From Phoronis australis (lineage: Eukaryota > Animalia > Phoronida): a DNA stretch of 64,000 nt. Positions within the stretch are counted from its first letter, which is position 1. Each line of letters begins with the position of its first letter. Position numbers and translations under genes: made by a program. The notes under the pieces were generated by a model. The model saw nothing but the letters and a program-made list of their open reading frames with translations. It did not search any database and had not been told where the DNA came from. The stretch spans positions 888,803-952,802 of the forward strand of contig NMRA01000020.1 in the NCBI GenBank assembly GCA_002633005.1, read 5' to 3'. Shown piece after piece: positions 62,330 through 64,000 of the stretch.

Positions 62330-62929
62330 CTGCAGGAAAACAAGACTTCACAATAATCATTGGTCTCAAGAGTTTCGATGATAAGCTGTTCTCTTGCTCA
62401 AAGTAGAACATGTCATAAACATAGCATTACAAAGATAATTATAGTAAACAAACACTACCATTAAAGCCTACCTTAAATGGAAACGCACATAATTTGTTTG
62501 CCACAATATACTTTGAGCACCACCCTGAGCACATCAATGTCAAAAACTGCAGAGCGTAATGAGCAGTCAGGCTTATTGAATTAAATGTTTGCCAATGTCA
62601 CTTTCCATCCAACTACTCACAGCCGTTTTGTCTTTTTTCCAAGGTGATGCAATACGGGACGAAAAGGCTAATTCACAAATCACTTGACAAGACGTTAGTG
62701 ATTAAATCGTGTTTTCTTATGTTGCTTATGATACTTAAAAGTATTGCTGCAACTATCAAGGTGCCCAAATACATCCAAAATAATAGGTCTATTCAAGGAA
62801 GGATGCAACTGAAACTGTTAGTTATCTTAACCATTTGAAGCTAACGTCAACCACCAAAAAAATCTCATGCGACAGTTTTCGTGTAAGTGCACAAACACAT
62901 GGAGAATAGCATTCGTAAAATAGACTCAC

Positions 62930-62999
62930 TCGGTTGCCAATGTGTCTTCTGCGACGAGACATAGGTGAGCGACTGTGACTTCTGTTCCGGCGACCATTA
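62930..62999 (-). CDS. TRA2: TRA2 exon (NGRRNRSHSRSPMSRRRRHIGNR)
   Basis: Matches human SPMSTRRRHVGNR; ttttcag and CGA|gtgagt boundaries. Confidence 0.95.
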
Positions 63000-63240
63000 C
63001 TGAAAATAGGAATGCTCAAGATGATGGCTTAATTCTACAAAAATCTCCGGAGAGCCACATTACAATACAGTATCAGAAATGACTAGTGTTTTGGTCTGCT
63101 GCAAAATTTGTCCACGGGGACAAGACAAGGCAACCATAAGTTTTATTTTTGTTAATGTTCAGAAGGCAAGTCACAAGCTACTGCCTTCAAACCATCCATT
63201 TTTGATACTCTTGGATATTCTGAGGTACTTAACAACATAC

Positions 63241-63330
63241 CTTCTTCCTCTGTAGCTGTCACTGCGACGGCCATAAGGACTTCTAGAGCGAGATCTTGAA
63301 CGTCGACGTCGCTGATATGGGGAACGTGAC
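63241..63330 (-). CDS. TRA2: TRA2 RS1 exon (SRSPYQRRRRSRSRSRSPYGRRSDSYRGR); upstream exons lie beyond the window
   Basis: tttgttcag acceptor, AAG|gtatgt donor, RS dipeptides, phase 2/2. Confidence 0.92.
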
Positions 63331-63386
63331 CTGAACAAATGAATATTAACATGATTTGAGTGCTCGTCTGTCAGAAACTCTTGTTA

Positions 63387-64000
63387 CAGTATTCACCCTA
63401 ATAAGCGCTCAGGCCCCAATAAGCGCCCCCACGCGTTTGCACTAAAATAAGCGCCCAGCCCATGAACTTGTATACATGTGAAACCTAGAGTTCTAAAACT
63501 CTACAGTAACGTCTTCAATTTATCAATACTATCCGACAATCCTGAAAAAATCATTGTGCGACAAATTTCAAGACCACGAGCCTATCTGCAGATATTTAGC
63601 CGTGAATATACACTTCAAACCTTTGCAGTGCTTCAAAAAGAATTCAAAAGTTTGGCAGACCTCGCGAGTCACGTGTCCCACTAAGGTCTGACCTTTCAGA
63701 ACAGACATAGTGTACTTGTCAACGGGGGTGAATCTTCCTTCACTCCGCACACACAAACACAAAGACGAAATTCAAAACAAACGTCACGTGACAACAACAT
63801 GTGTGTTCGTTCAGATTTTTCTCGTGTTGCGAGGTGCGATCTAGCGTAAATTTGGACTTAATATTCAGTTAATCCGGACTCCACAGGAACTTAAAAATCT
63901 TAGGGACGCTAAGAATTTCATGTAATTTGTTGAGTCGAAGCCATTTTTATTGAAGAATTCAAGTTGCCCTATGAACGATTGCGAGGCAGCGACTGATAAG
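63387..64000 (-). mobile_element. pogo/Tc1-like element carrying a decayed HIRAN-like ORF, in a TRA2 intron
   Basis: TA|CAGTATTCACCCTAATAAGCGC terminus with repeated AATAAGCGCCC motifs; minus-strand PVDKYTMSVLKGQTLVGHVTREV...FFLKH resembles HIRAN-type DxxAVAV...VGHVPRE. Confidence 0.65.

Overview
Eukaryotic, intron-rich, AT-rich genomic DNA from an invertebrate animal (a marine lophotrochozoan is my guess from the repeat types; not established). Most of the supplied ORF track is spurious; the real genes are spliced. I can reconstruct four genes by splice-phase matching: (1) MED1 on + (8 exons visible, 1601-13439, 5' exons outside the window, one GC-AG intron); (2) a short hillarin-type LIM-only gene on - (21030->17963); (3) an unannotated-looking ~123-aa secreted precursor on - (36190->~30976) with signal peptide, acidic pro-region, KK sites and a C-x11-C-K-P loop resembling insect ENF/growth-blocking-peptide cytokines, which is the most interesting item; (4) transformer-2 (TRA2) on - (63330->57937, 5' exons outside the window) followed by a GAA-rich candidate autoregulatory exon. 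Between them are many decayed transposons, including a multi-layer nest at 46.5-53.1 kb (Sola2 > Harbinger > pogo-like > LTR element > MITE, plus a Penelope-like fragment). No rRNA, intact tRNA, CRISPR or prokaryotic features. All assignments come from reading the sequence and recalled motifs; no database searches were run.
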